Under the pieces are notes generated by a model. The model was not told the DNA's origin, ran no database searches, and saw only the letters and a program-made list of their open reading frames with translations. Shown one piece after another: positions 11,024-24,842 of a DNA stretch of 64,000 nucleotides (its first letter is position 1; every line of letters begins with the position of its first letter). Source of the stretch: Octopus sinensis (Eukaryota); NCBI RefSeq assembly GCF_006345805.1, contig NC_042997.1:32178001-32242000 (forward strand). Reading direction: 5' to 3'. A program made the translations under genes and the position numbers.

Positions 11024-13277
11024 TATTCTGTTACCTTTTCTATCCAAGATGGTGTGTTGTGATAAGACTTAAGCTCAAGGAAGCTTTAAGCAATTTTTTT
11101 GGTCTTTATTTTAATATAGCGAGAAATTTTCCATTATCCTACTAACAATAGTTTTAGATTTTACACAAGGCTAATAAATAATGGGTTACAATGAAGTAGA
11201 GTATCGGTGACCTGATCATAATGATCATAAATGTACTATGAAAAAGACTTTGACGCTTAACAATATATATATTATTATTATTACAACATAATAAAATATA
11301 ATAAAATTGAAGATAACATTTGAACGTGTATTTTTAATGGCTATAATAATTCTACTGCGATACAATTGTTTTAGTCCCAACAGACATCTCTGAGATCAGA
11401 TCGTATTCTAAATAAAGTCTTAACTGAAGAAATAAATGTATATTCCCCAGAATTTAACATCAGAGACAAGTTTAACCTTTTATATTAGTCAGTCAACTAG
11501 TTGTGTTAAACTACTGGACATACCTAACAAAAGAGTATATATTCAGAAAATATAAAAAAAAACAAAAGAAATCTAGTCTTTGATTTGCAAGAATATTTTT
11601 AAAAAGGCTCCTCTTTTTTTCTTTTTTTAATCCACTCCAAGAAAGTGCCTTGAATTTTACTTAGAGCAATTTAATAACACTTGTCAATAAAATATGTATA
11701 GAACAATGTGGTTCCAAGATGCTCACTATCACAAAATTCCCCACCCCTCCCCCATCCTTTACCAACTTGGCCACTGTGTAAAGAAACCGAAAACCTTTCT
11801 TTGGCTATATTTCGAATATTTATTTTCTAAAGCTAAGCTAGTACACTATTTTAACATTAAGCTGTACAGTCTCTGAAACCACTCTTAAAGGAGCAGTCAC
11901 TGAATAGTATTGGCGTTTTATCATCTTCACCAACATCACCATCCTCTCCAGCACCATCATCATTTTCACCACCACCACTACTTGAGAAATATCTGTGATC
12001 TGGAAGCAACCACATGGAACTAATGAACTATAACCACATAGCTAGCATAGCGAGATATTTTCCATTATTCTCCTAACAATAATTTTACATACTTAGTTAC
12101 CTTTTATAAGAATTTTATTTTTCATTTTAGTATATTGATCAAGTACCAAGTTATATATATATATATATGTGTATATATATATATATATGTGTTTACGATA
12201 TTGAAATGTGGATATATGCATTCATACAACCTTTCTATAAGTAAGGTGAAGAGAAATGTTCTCCACAGCTGAGTTCAGCCAAACATACTATCACACTTAA
12301 GTGTTATAATGTTTGTTTCTATAGAGTAAAATTAATAAATAAAATAATCTTCAGATTTCTGACACTACCATATGTTCTAGTACAAATAAATAATAGCAAA
12401 TTTTCCATAACTTGAGGTATTCAATTGTAGAGTATGAGTTCTTGGGCCAGTAGCATATGGAATTTAATGCTTTTTCTCAATTCAAGGGCATTGGGTACAT
12501 TATTGAAATGAAATAGAATCATCATGGAAAGGAAACTGTTGCAGAGTTAATCCATTGATAGCATATCTCATAGTGTATCACACTAGCTACACACCACTTT
12601 TGTTTTTCCTTGTTGGCATCAGTTAGATGAGTTTCCTCAGCATCACATCTAAATCCTGCATTATCTTCTCTGTGAGAGCCAACTTCCTGCGATTGTCCTC
12701 ATTAGTCTTTCTCTGTTATGCATTAATTTAATATTAAAATGCACTGTTAGTTTTTCTGTTTGTGTGTGTATGGTGTTGTTAGCAAAAACACCATTGTGGT
12801 GGTAAGATGTTTCACCCAACGTACTCTTAAACACAAGCTTTTTTTTTTGCTTGAGATAACTTACAGTACATTTCTGAAACTTGGAATCTCAAGACCTTTG
12901 TATCGACATGGAAGCACAATTTCTCTCCATTGATGGATGATATACAATGGAGAAGAATGTGTATGGGAGCAGGAAGAGGTACACAGACATACATATGAAA
13001 ATGCATGTACATAATACATATGACTAAGATAAATGTGTCAGGCATCAAATACACACACACACACTTCAAATAATAGATTTGATTGCACAAACACACTGGC
13101 AAAACATACAGCAACATACATACAAGACCAAGAGACATATATATACACAGGTACACACTATGTGTGAATGAACAATATTTTATTGAAGAGAGACAGATAT
13201 GGGAATAAGAGAAAGTAAAAAGAAAGTAATGTTCTGTTGATGTAATGATATATTCTTTTTCATTAAATAAGTGTTTT

Positions 13278-13745
13278 ATACAGACACATTATCAGCTTAG
13301 TGCCCTCACTGTGTCCAAGGGTTGGTTGGCTTGCCAAGACATTCTCCAATTCCATCTGGATACATCAGCATGGATACAATCAGCCAGGCTCTTGTTTCTA
13401 GTCCCTTTGGATGTCTATCAGTCCACAAATGTCTTTCAAAGCCTCTTATCTTCTTCCCCCCAACACTTCCTATCTGAATGGTCTTGAGCAGTGACTCAAT
13501 ATGCATTGCATGTCCAAAATATGATAGCATTGTGGACTTGATTCTCAACAATAAGTGCCTTTGCTCTTTCAGCTTGTCTAGTACTACACCATTTATTACC
13601 CTATCTTTCCAGCTTATCCTGCCCAATCTGCAAAAGATGCACATCCCAAAAGCTTCCACCTTTTTCTTCATAACTGTATGCAAGTTTCTACCCTATAATA
13701 TACAAGTGACATACTTACAACAGTTTACTAGCCTTAATTTTAGAT
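13278..13745 (-). mobile_element. RTE-clade LINE, decayed 3' ORF fragment
   Basis: VEAFGMCIFCRLGRISWKDRVIN...LSYFGHAM...GSVGGKKIRG matches the RTE RT C-terminal pattern (EAFEMW..RR.L.ISW, YFGH..R, G.VEGKR.RG). Confidence 0.85.
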
Positions 13746-14120
13746 GCAGTTATGTCTTTTGAAGCGAAAGTATTTTTCATACCTATAAATGTTGTTTTAG
13801 CTTTATTTATTCTCTGAATAAATTCTTCACAGTGATCCTCCTGAGTTATTTTTTTTAATCCTAAATACTTGCTCAAGCATCTGTCCATTTATCTTGATAG
13901 TTGCTTCCTTTTGTTTTATTAATAACCATTGTCTTTGTTTATATTCATATTTAGACCTTTCTTGTCACTTTGCTCTTTTAGAACATCAACATTTCTTGTA
14001 CTTTTTCATAGCCATCTGCCAATGGAACTGTATCATCTGCTTTGACTCTCTGCTGCGTTTTGGTTGTGACAAACCAATGGTAACCTAGGAAAATGAACAT
14101 AGAATATATATATCATATAT

Positions 14121-14641
14121 CATCATCATCATCGTTTAATGCCTGCTTTCCATGCCGGCATGGATTGAACGGTTTGACTGAAGACTTGCAAGCGAGTAGG
14201 CTGCACCAGGCTCCAATCTGATCTGGCAAGGTTTCTACAGTTGGATACCCTTCCTAATGGCAACCACTCTGAGAGTGTATTAGGTGCTTTTTATGTGCCA
14301 CCTGCACCAACCACTGGCATCAACCACACTCAAATGGTGCTTTTTACATGCTACGGGCATGGGAACCAGTCCGGCAGCACCATTTGCCTTAGCCACGTTC
14401 AGATGGTGCTTTATACATGCCACAGGCACAGGGGCCAGTCATGTAGCACTATCATTGACCATGCTCGAATGGTGCTTTTTACATGCCACCGGTCAGGCAG
14501 CACTGGCATTGACCATGTTCAGATGTTGCTGTTTACATGCCACCAGTACAGGAGCCAGTCTGGGAGCACTGGCATTGACCATGTTCAGATGGTGCTGTTT
14601 ACATGCCACCAGCACAGGAGCCAGTCTGCGGGCACTGGCAC
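14121..14641 (-). mobile_element. Older D-family insert with ~54-69-bp internal tandem units (duplicated at 18050-18568)
   Basis: (CAT)n tail, D body; units start at 14334, 14403, 14469, 14523, 14589. Confidence 0.85.
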
Positions 14642-16239
14642 AGTCCAGAGAAATAATTATTTATTCTTCTTATTAGTTTGTCATTGAACTGTTGCTATAC
14701 TGGAGCACCACCATCAAGAATTTTAGTTCATTATGTCCACCACAACATTTTCTTGATTACTTACTTTATCACCGTTATATGGTGTGTAACAGTAATGTTG
14801 AACTGGGCATAAAGGGGCATAAACAGAGTGTAACTAAATTCAAGTATTTCTGTTGAAACAAACCAATTTTGGTATTCTGCACATATGTACCTACCTACCT
14901 ACCCCCCCCCCCCCCCACACACTCTCTCTCTCTCTCTCATGTAATTGTCTTCTGCGAAATTTCACTCACGAGGCTCTTTTAGTATACAGTGCCATAGTAG
15001 AAAGCATTTATCAAATGTTGTTTGATTTAACCTCGAACTAAATGTTTGTAATGCAAACTTCTTAATGACATGCTATGACCACAATGATGATGATATTTCA
15101 AATCCTCAGATTTCATACTCTTCAGAGTCTGTATACAGAATTTTTTTCCTGTTAAATTTTCTTTTTTTCTTCTCTTAAGAAAAAAAGAAACTACCCTATT
15201 TCAATAATTATCTTCAAGAAGCAATAATTAAACGATAATTTTCACTTCGTGTTTTCCTAATTCTTCTCTTTAGTTACATGTAAGTTAATTAATTTGTTTA
15301 TGCAATGATTATATTAAATATTTAGGTCAACGATTGTTGACTTGAGCAAACAAGAAAAGCTAGTTAGAAATAACAGCCAAATCTTAACGTCTTACAAAAA
15401 AAAAAAAAAAGGAGAAGTCCATTTTGTTAATGTAATCCTGTGTATAAATATATAAAAACATAGGACAGCTGGTAAGGATCTATATTCTTAATAGGTTTGT
15501 TTTATCTGGGTTAATTTGGTGTTAAACAACTTCTGTCTTTGTCTTTTCCCCCACTTTGCTTCCACTCTATCGTTTCATTCCAGCAGTTTGTTGCTGTTTA
15601 CTCCAAGTCAGCCTTGATTGAGTATACCTATTATCAAAGATATTCTGGCTGTGATCATCCTATCTTTTACTTCGGGCATAGTGTTTTTAGCAATACATTA
15701 TGCGATGTGTCCATCCGTTTTTAAGCTAGTAAGTTGTGATGTGATGAAAATTTAGCTATCTTTTTATCAGACTGATGACAATGCAGAGCCTTTTTCATTG
15801 ACTCATTCTAGCGTAGTTTATATAGAACTATTAATTCATATGTTCTTTGTTGTCTTATGTAATTTTCCTTCTTTTGCTGCAATAAAATAATGTAAGTCTA
15901 CACCATTTTATTGCAAGCCAAACATAGAATGCAACTTTTGGCATGAAAATTATACACGATATTGTCAAGTATATGAATTAATAATTTAATGTTTTTACAC
16001 AGAATTAATTCATACACTATGTTGCCTGAAGTATGTATGTTTCCTTGTCCATAATAATTTCTGGGGTTTTTGATTTCTAAACAGTTTCCTGTGAAAATCA
16101 CGTTAATGTGCAAGTGATGCACTATAGCTAACGTCATAAATTATTGACGTCATTGTTGAAGTGACACTCAAAAATAAAGTCCATCCTATTGCAAGGGGCA
16201 CTCGTGATTAGATTTGGACTCGGTATTGGTTTTTTTCTA

Positions 16240-16480
16240 TTGCTACTATAATGGTCTCAGTTTCTTGGAATTAGTCCTGTACTTCCACCACTCCGGCACC
16301 TCTGAGCCACTTGTCTCTCCACCTCTCATCATCTTTGTTGCATCCATCTCTCTCTATCTCTACACTAATTACTATGTTGAGTCCTTCCCCAGAACATTAT
16401 CCCTCTGGAATCTCCTCCTTGTTCATGCCTTCCTTGTAGGCATTGACTTACAACAATTCAAATGGAACATTAATGCCATC
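16240..16480 (+). mobile_element. Decayed LINE 3' ORF fragment, Jockey/CR1 group (duplicated ~20198-20440)
   Basis: TNYYVESFPRTLSLWNLL...IDLQQFKWNIN resembles the LINE C-terminal F.PRT..LWN.LP...FK motif. Confidence 0.65.
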
Positions 16481-16999
16481 AGTATCATCCCTTTTGGAAG
16501 ACCTACCAGTGTCATGGGTTCTGCCTTTTCCTCCAGCCTCAACAAGTGAAAAAAAAGCTATTGAAATGTTTCATTCATTTCCAGCATTGCTACTTATAGT
16601 AGAGGGTTGAACTATTCTGTGGTATCTGTTTATAGCTTGGTGGTCTTCAGTAGTTTAGAGTTAGGTAAAATAGCCATAAACTGTTGCATTGTGAATGACA
16701 ATAGACCTTTCAGGCAGCAATCCAACTTCACACTAATCTTACCAGTTGAAGTTCTTACAGTAAGGGCTTTAAAATAATATTGTTCTTATAGTTAATTTAA
16801 AGTATATTAAAAAGCTAAATGGATATAACAATGATAATATTAATATTATTGTCTTTTTTTTCCCCAGCAAATAAAGGAAATATCTGTGGACATATATTAG
16901 TCTTGTTCTGGTGTCATTAGTAAAGCATAGCTCTCATTGTACTTTCTGAAGTAGAGATGAAAGAATCATTAAGTAAATATACATTGTTGTGCAATTTAT

Positions 17000-17320
17000 A
17001 TTCTAAATAATAACCTTAACACATCTTGTGTGATTTGAGGCAGTTGTTTTAAAATGTTTAGATTGTTTTTATTGATGTAAACAAGAAATTCCTGTTTCAA
17101 ATGTAAATGGCTGTTAGTGATGTTGGAAATGAGTGTGATACGATATTTGGCAGGGTCAGAATGCCCACTCTTCTTGGGAATGGGACACATTTGTTTCCAA
17201 AAATAAGGTTATATTCCTTGAAAGAAAGAGTGATAGCAATAGAGAAGTAACTATTGAGATATTTCAAAGTTTTAATTTTTTAGGCAGTTCTTTTATAATT
17301 TACAAATATCAAAAGAAAAT
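17000..17320 (-). mobile_element. Decayed LINE RT N-terminal fragment (duplicated ~20960-21280)
   Basis: (V)CPIPKKSGHSDPAKY resembles the V.PIPKKG..SDP.NYRPI motif. Confidence 0.7.
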
Positions 17321-17353
17321 CCCACATCCTTCAAGTACAGTATTCTGAGCCTG

Positions 17354-17396
<43 letters not shown>

Positions 17397-17397
<1 letters not shown>

Positions 17398-20300
17398 ATC
17401 TGAATGGTCTTGAGCAGTGACTCAAATATGCATTGCATGTCCAAAATATGATAGCATTGTGGACTTGATTCTCAACAATAAGTGCCTTTGCTCTTTCAGC
17501 TTGTCTAGTACTACACCATTTATTACCCTATCTTTCCAGCTTATCCTGCCCAATCTGCAAAAGATGCACATCCCAAAAGCTTCCACCTTTTTCTTCATAA
17601 CTGTATGCAAGTTTCTACCCTATAATATACAAGTGACATACTTACAACAGTTTACTAGCCTTAATTTTAGATGCAGTTATGTCTTTTGAAGCGAAAGTAT
17701 TTTTCATACCTATAAATGTTGTTTTAGCTTTATTTATTCTCTGAATAAATTCTTCACAGTGATCCTCCTGAGTTATTTTTTTTTAATCCTAAATACTTGC
17801 TCAAGCATCTGTCCATTTATCTTGATAGTTGCTTCCTTTTGTTTTATTAATAACCATTGTCTTTGTTTATATTCATATTTAGACCTTTCTTGTCACTTTG
17901 TTCTTTTAGAACATCAACAATTTCTTGTACTTTTTCATAGCCATCTGCCAATGGAACTGTATCATCTGCTTTGACTCTCTGCTGCGTTTTGGTTGTGACA
18001 AACCAATGGTAACCTAGGAAAATGAACATAGAATATATATATCATATATCATCATCATCATCGTTTAATGCCTGCTTTCCATGCCGGCATGGATTGAACG
18101 GTTTGACTGAAGACTTGCAAGCGAGTAGGCTGCACCAGGCTCCAATCTGATCTGGCAAGGTTTCTACAGTTGGATACCCTTCCTAATGGCAACCACTCTG
18201 AGAGTGTATTAGGTGCTTTTTATGTGCCACCTGCACCAACCACTGGCATCAACCACACTCAAATGGTGCTTTTTACATGCTACGGGCATGGGAACCAGTC
18301 AGGCAGCACTGGCCTTAGCCACGTTCAGATGGTGCTTTATACATGCCACAGGCACAGGGGCCAGTCAGGTAGCACTATCATTGACCATGCTCGAATGGTG
18401 CTTTTTACATGCCACCGGTCAGGCAGCACTGGCATTGACCATGTTCAGATGTTGCTGTTTACATGCCACCAGTACAGGAGCCAGTCTGGGAGCACTGGCA
18501 TTGACCATGTTCAGATGGTGCTGTTTACATGCCACCAGCACAGGAGCCAGTCTGCGGGCACTGGCACAGTCCAGAGAAATAATTATTTATTCTTCTTATT
18601 AGTTTGTCATTGAACTGTTGCTATACTGGAGCACCACCATCAAGAATTTTAGTTCATTATGTCCACCACAACATTTTCTTGATTACTTACTTTATCACCG
18701 TTATATGGTGTGTAACAGTAATGTTGAACTGGGCATAAAGGGGCATAAACAGAGTGTAACTAAATTCAAGTATTTCTGTTGAAACAAACCAATTTTGGTA
18801 TTCTGCACATATGTACCTACCTAACCCCCCCCCCCCACACTCTCTCTCTCTCTCTCATGTAATTGTCTTCTGCGAAATTTCACTCACGAGGCTCTTTTAG
18901 TATACAGTGCCATAGTAGAAAGCATTTATCAAATGTTGTTTGATTTAACCTCGAACTAAATGTTTGTAATGCAAACTTCTTAATGACATGCTATGACCAC
19001 AATGATGATGATATTTCAAATCCTCAGATTTCATACTCTTCAGAGTCTGTATACAGAATTTTTTTCCTGTTAAATTTTCTTTTTTTCTTCTCTTAAGAAA
19101 AAAAGAAACTACCCTATTTCAATAATTATCTTCAAGAAGCAATAATTAAACGATAATTTTCACTTCGTATTTTCCTAATTCCTCTCTTTAGTTACATGTA
19201 AGTTAATTAATTTGTTTATGCAATGATTATATTAAATATTTAGGTCAACGATTGTTGACTTGAGCAAACAAGAAAAGCTAGTTAGAAATAACAGCCAAAT
19301 CTTAACGCAGATCACTTTGCCGTCTTACAAAAAAAAAAAATAAAAAAGAAGGAAAAGTCCATCTTGTTAATGTAATCCTGTGTATAAATATATAAAAACA
19401 TAGGACAGCTGGTAAGGATCTATATTCTTAATAGGTTTGTTTTATCTGGGTTAATTTGGTGTTAAACAACTTTTTTTTTCAATTCATATTCTCTGTCTTT
19501 GTCTTTTTCCCCACTTTGCTTCCACTTTATCGTTTCATTCCAGCAGTTTGTTGCTGTTTACTCCAAGTCAGCCTTGATTGAGTATACCTATTATCAAAGA
19601 TATTCTGGCTGTGATTATCCTATCTTTTACTTCGGGCATAGTGTTTTTAGCAATACATTATGCGATGTGTCCATCCGTTTTTAAGCTAGTAAGTTGTGAT
19701 GTGATGAAAATTTAGCTATCTTTTTATCAGACTGATGACAATGCAGAGCCTTTTTCATTGACTCATTCTAGCGTAGTTTATATAGAACTATTAATTCATA
19801 TGTTCTTTGTTGTCATGTAATTTTCCTTCTTTTGCTGCAATAAAATAATGTAAGTCTACACCATTTTATTGCAAGCCAAACATAGAATGCAATGTTTGGC
19901 ATGAAAATTATACACGATATTGTCAAGTATATGAATTAATAATTTAATGTTTTTACACAGAATTAATTCATACACTATGTTGCCTGAAGTATGTATGTTT
20001 CCTTGTCCATAATAATTTCTGGGGTTTTTGATTTCTAAACAGTTTCCTGTGAAAATCACGTTAATGTGCAAGTGATGCACTATAGCTAGCGTCATAAATT
20101 ATTGACGTCATTGTTGAAGTGACACTCAAAAATAAAGTCCATCCTATTGCAAGGGGCACTCGTGATTAGATTTGGACTCGGTATTGGTTTTTTTCTATTG
20201 CTACTATAATGGTCTCAGTTTCTTGGAATTAGTCCTGTACTTCCACCACTCCGGCACCTCTGAGCCACTTGTCTCTCCACCTCTCATCATCTTTGTTGCA

Positions 20301-21356
20301 TCCATCTCTCTCTATCTCTACACTAATTACTATGTTGAGTCCTTCCCCAGAACATTATCCCTCTGGAATCTCCTCCTTGTTCATGCCTTCCTTGTAGGCA
20401 TTGACTTACAACAATTCAAATGGAACATTAATGCCATCAGTATCATCCCTTTTGGAAGACCTACCAGTGTCATGGGTTCTGCCTTTTCCTCCAGCCTCAA
20501 CAAGTGAAAAAAAAGCTATTGAAATGTTTCATTCATTTCCAGCATTGCTACTTATAGTAGAGGGTTGAACTATTCTGTGGTATCTGTTTATAGCTTGGTG
20601 GTCTTCAGTAGTTTAGAGTTAGGTAAAATAGCCATAAACTGTTGCATTGTGAATGACAATAGACCTTTCAGGCAGCAATCCAACTTCACACTAATCTTAC
20701 CAGTTGAAGTTCTTGCAGTAAGGGCTTTAAAATAATATTGTTCTTATAGTTAATTTAAAGTATATTAAAAAGCTAAATGGATATAACAATGATAATATTA
20801 ATATTATTGTCTTTTTTTTCCCCAGCAAATAAAGGAAATAACTGTGGACATATATTAGTCTTGTTCTGGTGTCATTAGTAAAGCATAGCTCTCATTGTAC
20901 TTTCTGAAGTAGAGATGAAAGAATCATTAAGTAAATACACATTATTGTGCAATTTATATTCTAAATAATAACCTTAACACATCTTGTGTGATTTGAGGCA
21001 GTTGTTTTAAAATGTTTAGATTGTTTTTATTGATGTAAACAAGAAATTCCTGTTTCAAATGTAAATGACTGTTAGTGATGTTGGAAATGTGTGTGATATG
21101 ATATTTGGCAGGGTCAGAATGCCCACTCTTCTTGGGAATGGGACACACCGTTTCCAAAAATCAGGGTATATTCCTTGAGAGAAAGAGTGATAGCAATAGA
21201 GAGGTAACTATTGAGATATTTCAAAGTTTTAATTTTTTTAGGCAGTTCTTTTATAATTTACAAATATCAAAAGAAAATCCCCCCCACCCATCCTTCAAGT
21301 ACAATATTCTGAGCCTGTCATATATATGTGTATATATATATATATATATATGTGTG
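17397..21356. repeat. ~3.9-kb tandem duplication, copy 2
   Basis: Begins TATCTGAATGG as at 13471; ends in the same (TA)n(TG)n tract. Confidence 0.95.
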
Positions 21357-21560
21357 TTTGTGTGTCTGTGTTTGTCCCCCTAGCATTGCTTGACAACTGA
21401 TGCTGGTGTGTTTACGTCCCCGTCACTTAACGGTTCGGCAAAAAGAGACCGATAGAATAAGTACTGGGCTTACAAAGAATAAGTCCCGGGGTCGATTCAC
21501 TCGACTAAAGGCGATGCTCCAGCATGGCCGCAGTCAAATGACTGAAACAAGTAAAAGAGT
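21351..21560 (+). mobile_element. SINE family C, 3' half
   Basis: Near-consensus C tail ending AAACAAGTAAAAGAG. Confidence 0.85.
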
Positions 21561-22820
21561 ATGCATATCGGAGAATGAACTTGTGACTTTGCAAGCCATT
21601 ACTTGAGCTTATTAAATCTTGGTTGCTACATGTCTTTCTGTATATGAGCCAAGATTATCAAATCAAACAAAACGAAGGAAAAAGCAGACTGCTGTTTCCA
21701 TATTTACAATAGGCAACAAGTTGTTCATTGAAAATCCTTCCTCTAAATAAATCTATTCCTCTTCTGATGTCTCCTTCTCTTATATCTTTGTGTATTTGTT
21801 CTTCTTATTTGAACAAAACTCTAGGATTTCTTTTCTATTAATGCAACTATTGAAGTGTTTTCATATTTTGGTTTGTGCTAATTTTAGTGGGTTTTAGTTA
21901 TTGTTGCTAGCTGAGTTAATCACTGAGACTGAATATGATTTGGCGCTAATTAGACAGTTTTGTCTATTATATGAACCCACAGCTGCCATTTGATTCATCT
22001 ATACTGAGCTTTGTTTAGTTGGGAGTTGTATGTCGATAGAGAAATCCTCGTATTTACTCAGACAGCTTATTTCCTTTTCTCCATCTGGCTGTTGGATTAG
22101 TTTCTAATTTCTCTTGTCATCAGAAGAGCTTTACCTGGTGCCAATAATAAGTTTGTTTGTAGGTGGGGAAGTCCTTTTGTTTTTGTTTTTGATTTCAGCT
22201 GCTGTTGATGTTACAAGAATGTTTGTGATACACTAAGCTAGCATGGAGATTTTAGCTAACTTCACAATTATCCCAGTCCGTGCTGCTGGCAAGTAAATGT
22301 TGCTATTAATTTTCCTAAGTTTATTGCCAGACGAATGGTGAAATAATCTAAGAGAGTATTTTGACTCTCTACTTTCTAAATAGAAATGATGTTTGGATGT
22401 TGCATCTTTATTTGTATTTTTTTTTAGTTAATTTCCTTTTGTACTCTGGGCATCTGTACACAGAAATTTAGATTAATTCTTATAATTCTTAGCAAATTAT
22501 TTAGATCAGTAGTGCCTTTGGGAAATTCATCAGTGTCACAAAGTCCATTCCCCAACTCCAATTTTAGACTGGTAAAATGTTATTAGATTATATAGAAGTA
22601 TTGATGAGATAGTATAAGTTCTAAGATGAAATGCTTAGACAGCAGTATTTGATACTGAATTTTGATTTCAAAACTTTCTACAGTTAATTAAGTAAATACC
22701 AGTACATTGTTGATGTGTATCGTCTCAGTTACAACCATTCTCTGTATAAATTTGATCTTGTTTTATAATCAAAACAAACAATACTAATGTAATGCAGTTA
22801 TTCCAGCCTTGACCATTGAC

Positions 22821-22866
<46 letters not shown>

Positions 22867-22874
<8 letters not shown>

Positions 22875-23071
22875 ACCTCGTGTGTACCGTTGGCGATTTT
22901 TTTTTCCCTCTGTCTTCTCTTCTCTCGATCTTTCCTTCTCCTATGTTTCCGACGAAGAGCTCCGCTCGAAACATTTAACCTTCCTTCTTTCCTTCTTTCC
23001 TGAGCGTCCAATAACACTATATTTGTTCCACGTCCTCGCGTTGTTGTGTTTTTGTGTTTTCTTGTTTGGAT

Positions 23072-23076
<5 letters not shown>
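22867..23076 (+). mobile_element. ~210-bp element embedded in (TA)n carrying a Penelope-type hammerhead motif
   Basis: (TA)n on both sides; GTTT-CCGACGA-A-GAGC-TCC-GCTC-GAAAC at 22945-22972; homologous reverse copy at 53671. Confidence 0.7.
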
Positions 23077-23110
<34 letters not shown>

Positions 23111-24675
23111 TCTAGTGCCCAATATGTCCTTTATTTTATTTTATTTTTTTATGTGATGGTAGGGTGTGATCTGAGAGAAATTTGGCTGCTATATACAAGC
23201 TAGCAAATTGGCAGAAGTGATAGAACATCACCTTAATTGTCTTGCAGTATTTATTTCAGTACTTAGCATTCTGTGTTCAAATCCCATGAAGATCAGCTTT
23301 GCTTTTTCATTCATTCGGTATAAATAAGGTATCAGTCTAGAGTGATAAACTAGCAGAATTATTAGTGTCATGCAGGTTGTGGTATTTGTTCCAGCTCTAT
23401 TAATTCTGAATTCAAAGCCCATTGTGGCCAACTAATCACCAGAAAAGGGATTGGAATCTTTTTGTGTATGACCATACTTAACCATGGATAACACCAGAGT
23501 TATCAAAATATTCTTATTATTTTCCCATTCATTTTATGTTTGACTTATCAAGATAAGAGTTAAAATTTACTTGGCAATGACACAGACTGGAATAGCATTA
23601 CAGCAATCCATGTTATTCAACATCTGAGAGCAGATGATAATGATGACAATGATTATGATGATGATGAGCAACTACATATAGTGCTGTTGTCTGGTGATAG
23701 CAATTCTTGAATAAAACTTTCATCACTAATGCTCTTATGGAAAGCATAAATATCACATCCCATTATTTCACCTTTTCTGTATGTAGGAAACGATGGTTAA
23801 CAAGTCGGTTATCAAACTGTGAGTGTAACAATATTGATTTCTTAATGGACAGGAGGCTACAAGATTTTAGGGAGAGTGAGGTCAGTTATGTCAGTGTAGT
23901 ACTTGACTAGTACTTATTTTATCAGCACCAAAACGATGAAAAGGAAGTTGAACATAAAATAAGTTAACCGAATACTGCATGGCATTTTTTTTTTCTTTTT
24001 ATTCTCTACTAATTTTACCAGTCTTCCACCCTTGTAATTAGTGCCATATTAACAGAGTAAATTGTCTCCCTGCTTGTAACCAATTCCAGTTGTGATAGAG
24101 TTTGAACTCATGACCTTGGCTATTGCAATTCTTTTCACTCATATATATATAATCAAGAACATCATCCCAGTAGAATTTAGAGCATTTGCTATTTTGTTGC
24201 TTAACTCTTATCTTGATATCTGGCTTAAATATATCAAGTTGATATAATCCTCTACTTGATATATTCTGTTTAGGCTAATGGATTTTACAACAAGCTTAGA
24301 CTAAATTTCATTTTTGATCTTTTTGAATACTTCCACTACATTACCATTTAAAATGTTCTTATCCACCCCTAGTTGCCTGTTGATTGCATTAGTATATAAT
24401 AGTGAAGCTTTTGATTATGGAGTGACCACTCTGCTATAGTTTATGCTATTAAATGCCATTAAGATGTTAGTATGTTTGGTTGTGTGTTCAATGTGCATTA
24501 GTAAGGAGCTAAAATTTTGAAGCACTGAATAAATATAGATTGAATTTTTGAATGTTGTATGCAAGACTTCATGTAATTGTTGATATTGAATTTGAACTAA
24601 AGTATATCAGTAAGGTAGAAATTTGCTGTATAATGCATTTGCAGATGTGTGATGTCATTATAATACTGATATTCA

Positions 24676-24842
24676 GGGCAGTGAACTGGCAATATTCTTA
24701 ACATGGCCAAGCAAAATGCTTAGCAGCATTTCGTCCGTCTTTACATTCTGAGTTCAAATTCCACCGGTGTCGATAAAATAAGTGCCAGTTGAATACTGGA
24801 ATTCCCTCCAAAATTGCTGACCTTATGCCAAAATTTGGAACC
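24676..24842 (+). mobile_element. SINE family B, internally deleted
   Basis: TTCTGAGTTCAAATTCC and variant tail. Confidence 0.7.

Larger units (their letters stand above)
13471..17396. repeat. ~3.9-kb tandem duplication, copy 1
   Basis: Colinear near-identity with 17397-21356; ORF track is duplicated. Confidence 0.95.

Noticed and set aside
12600-12715. Minus-strand RKLALTEKIMQDLD peptide
   Set aside because: Probably a decayed RTE ORF end, but too short to call.
21660-22175. Minus-strand protein-like stretches (e.g. EEQIHKDIREGDIRRGIDLF...)
   Set aside because: All under 50 codons between stops with no identifiable motif.
24229-24264. Short perfect hairpins (11 bp here, 8 bp near 36171, 7 bp near 52803)
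   Set aside because: Within chance expectation for 64 kb of AT-rich sequence.
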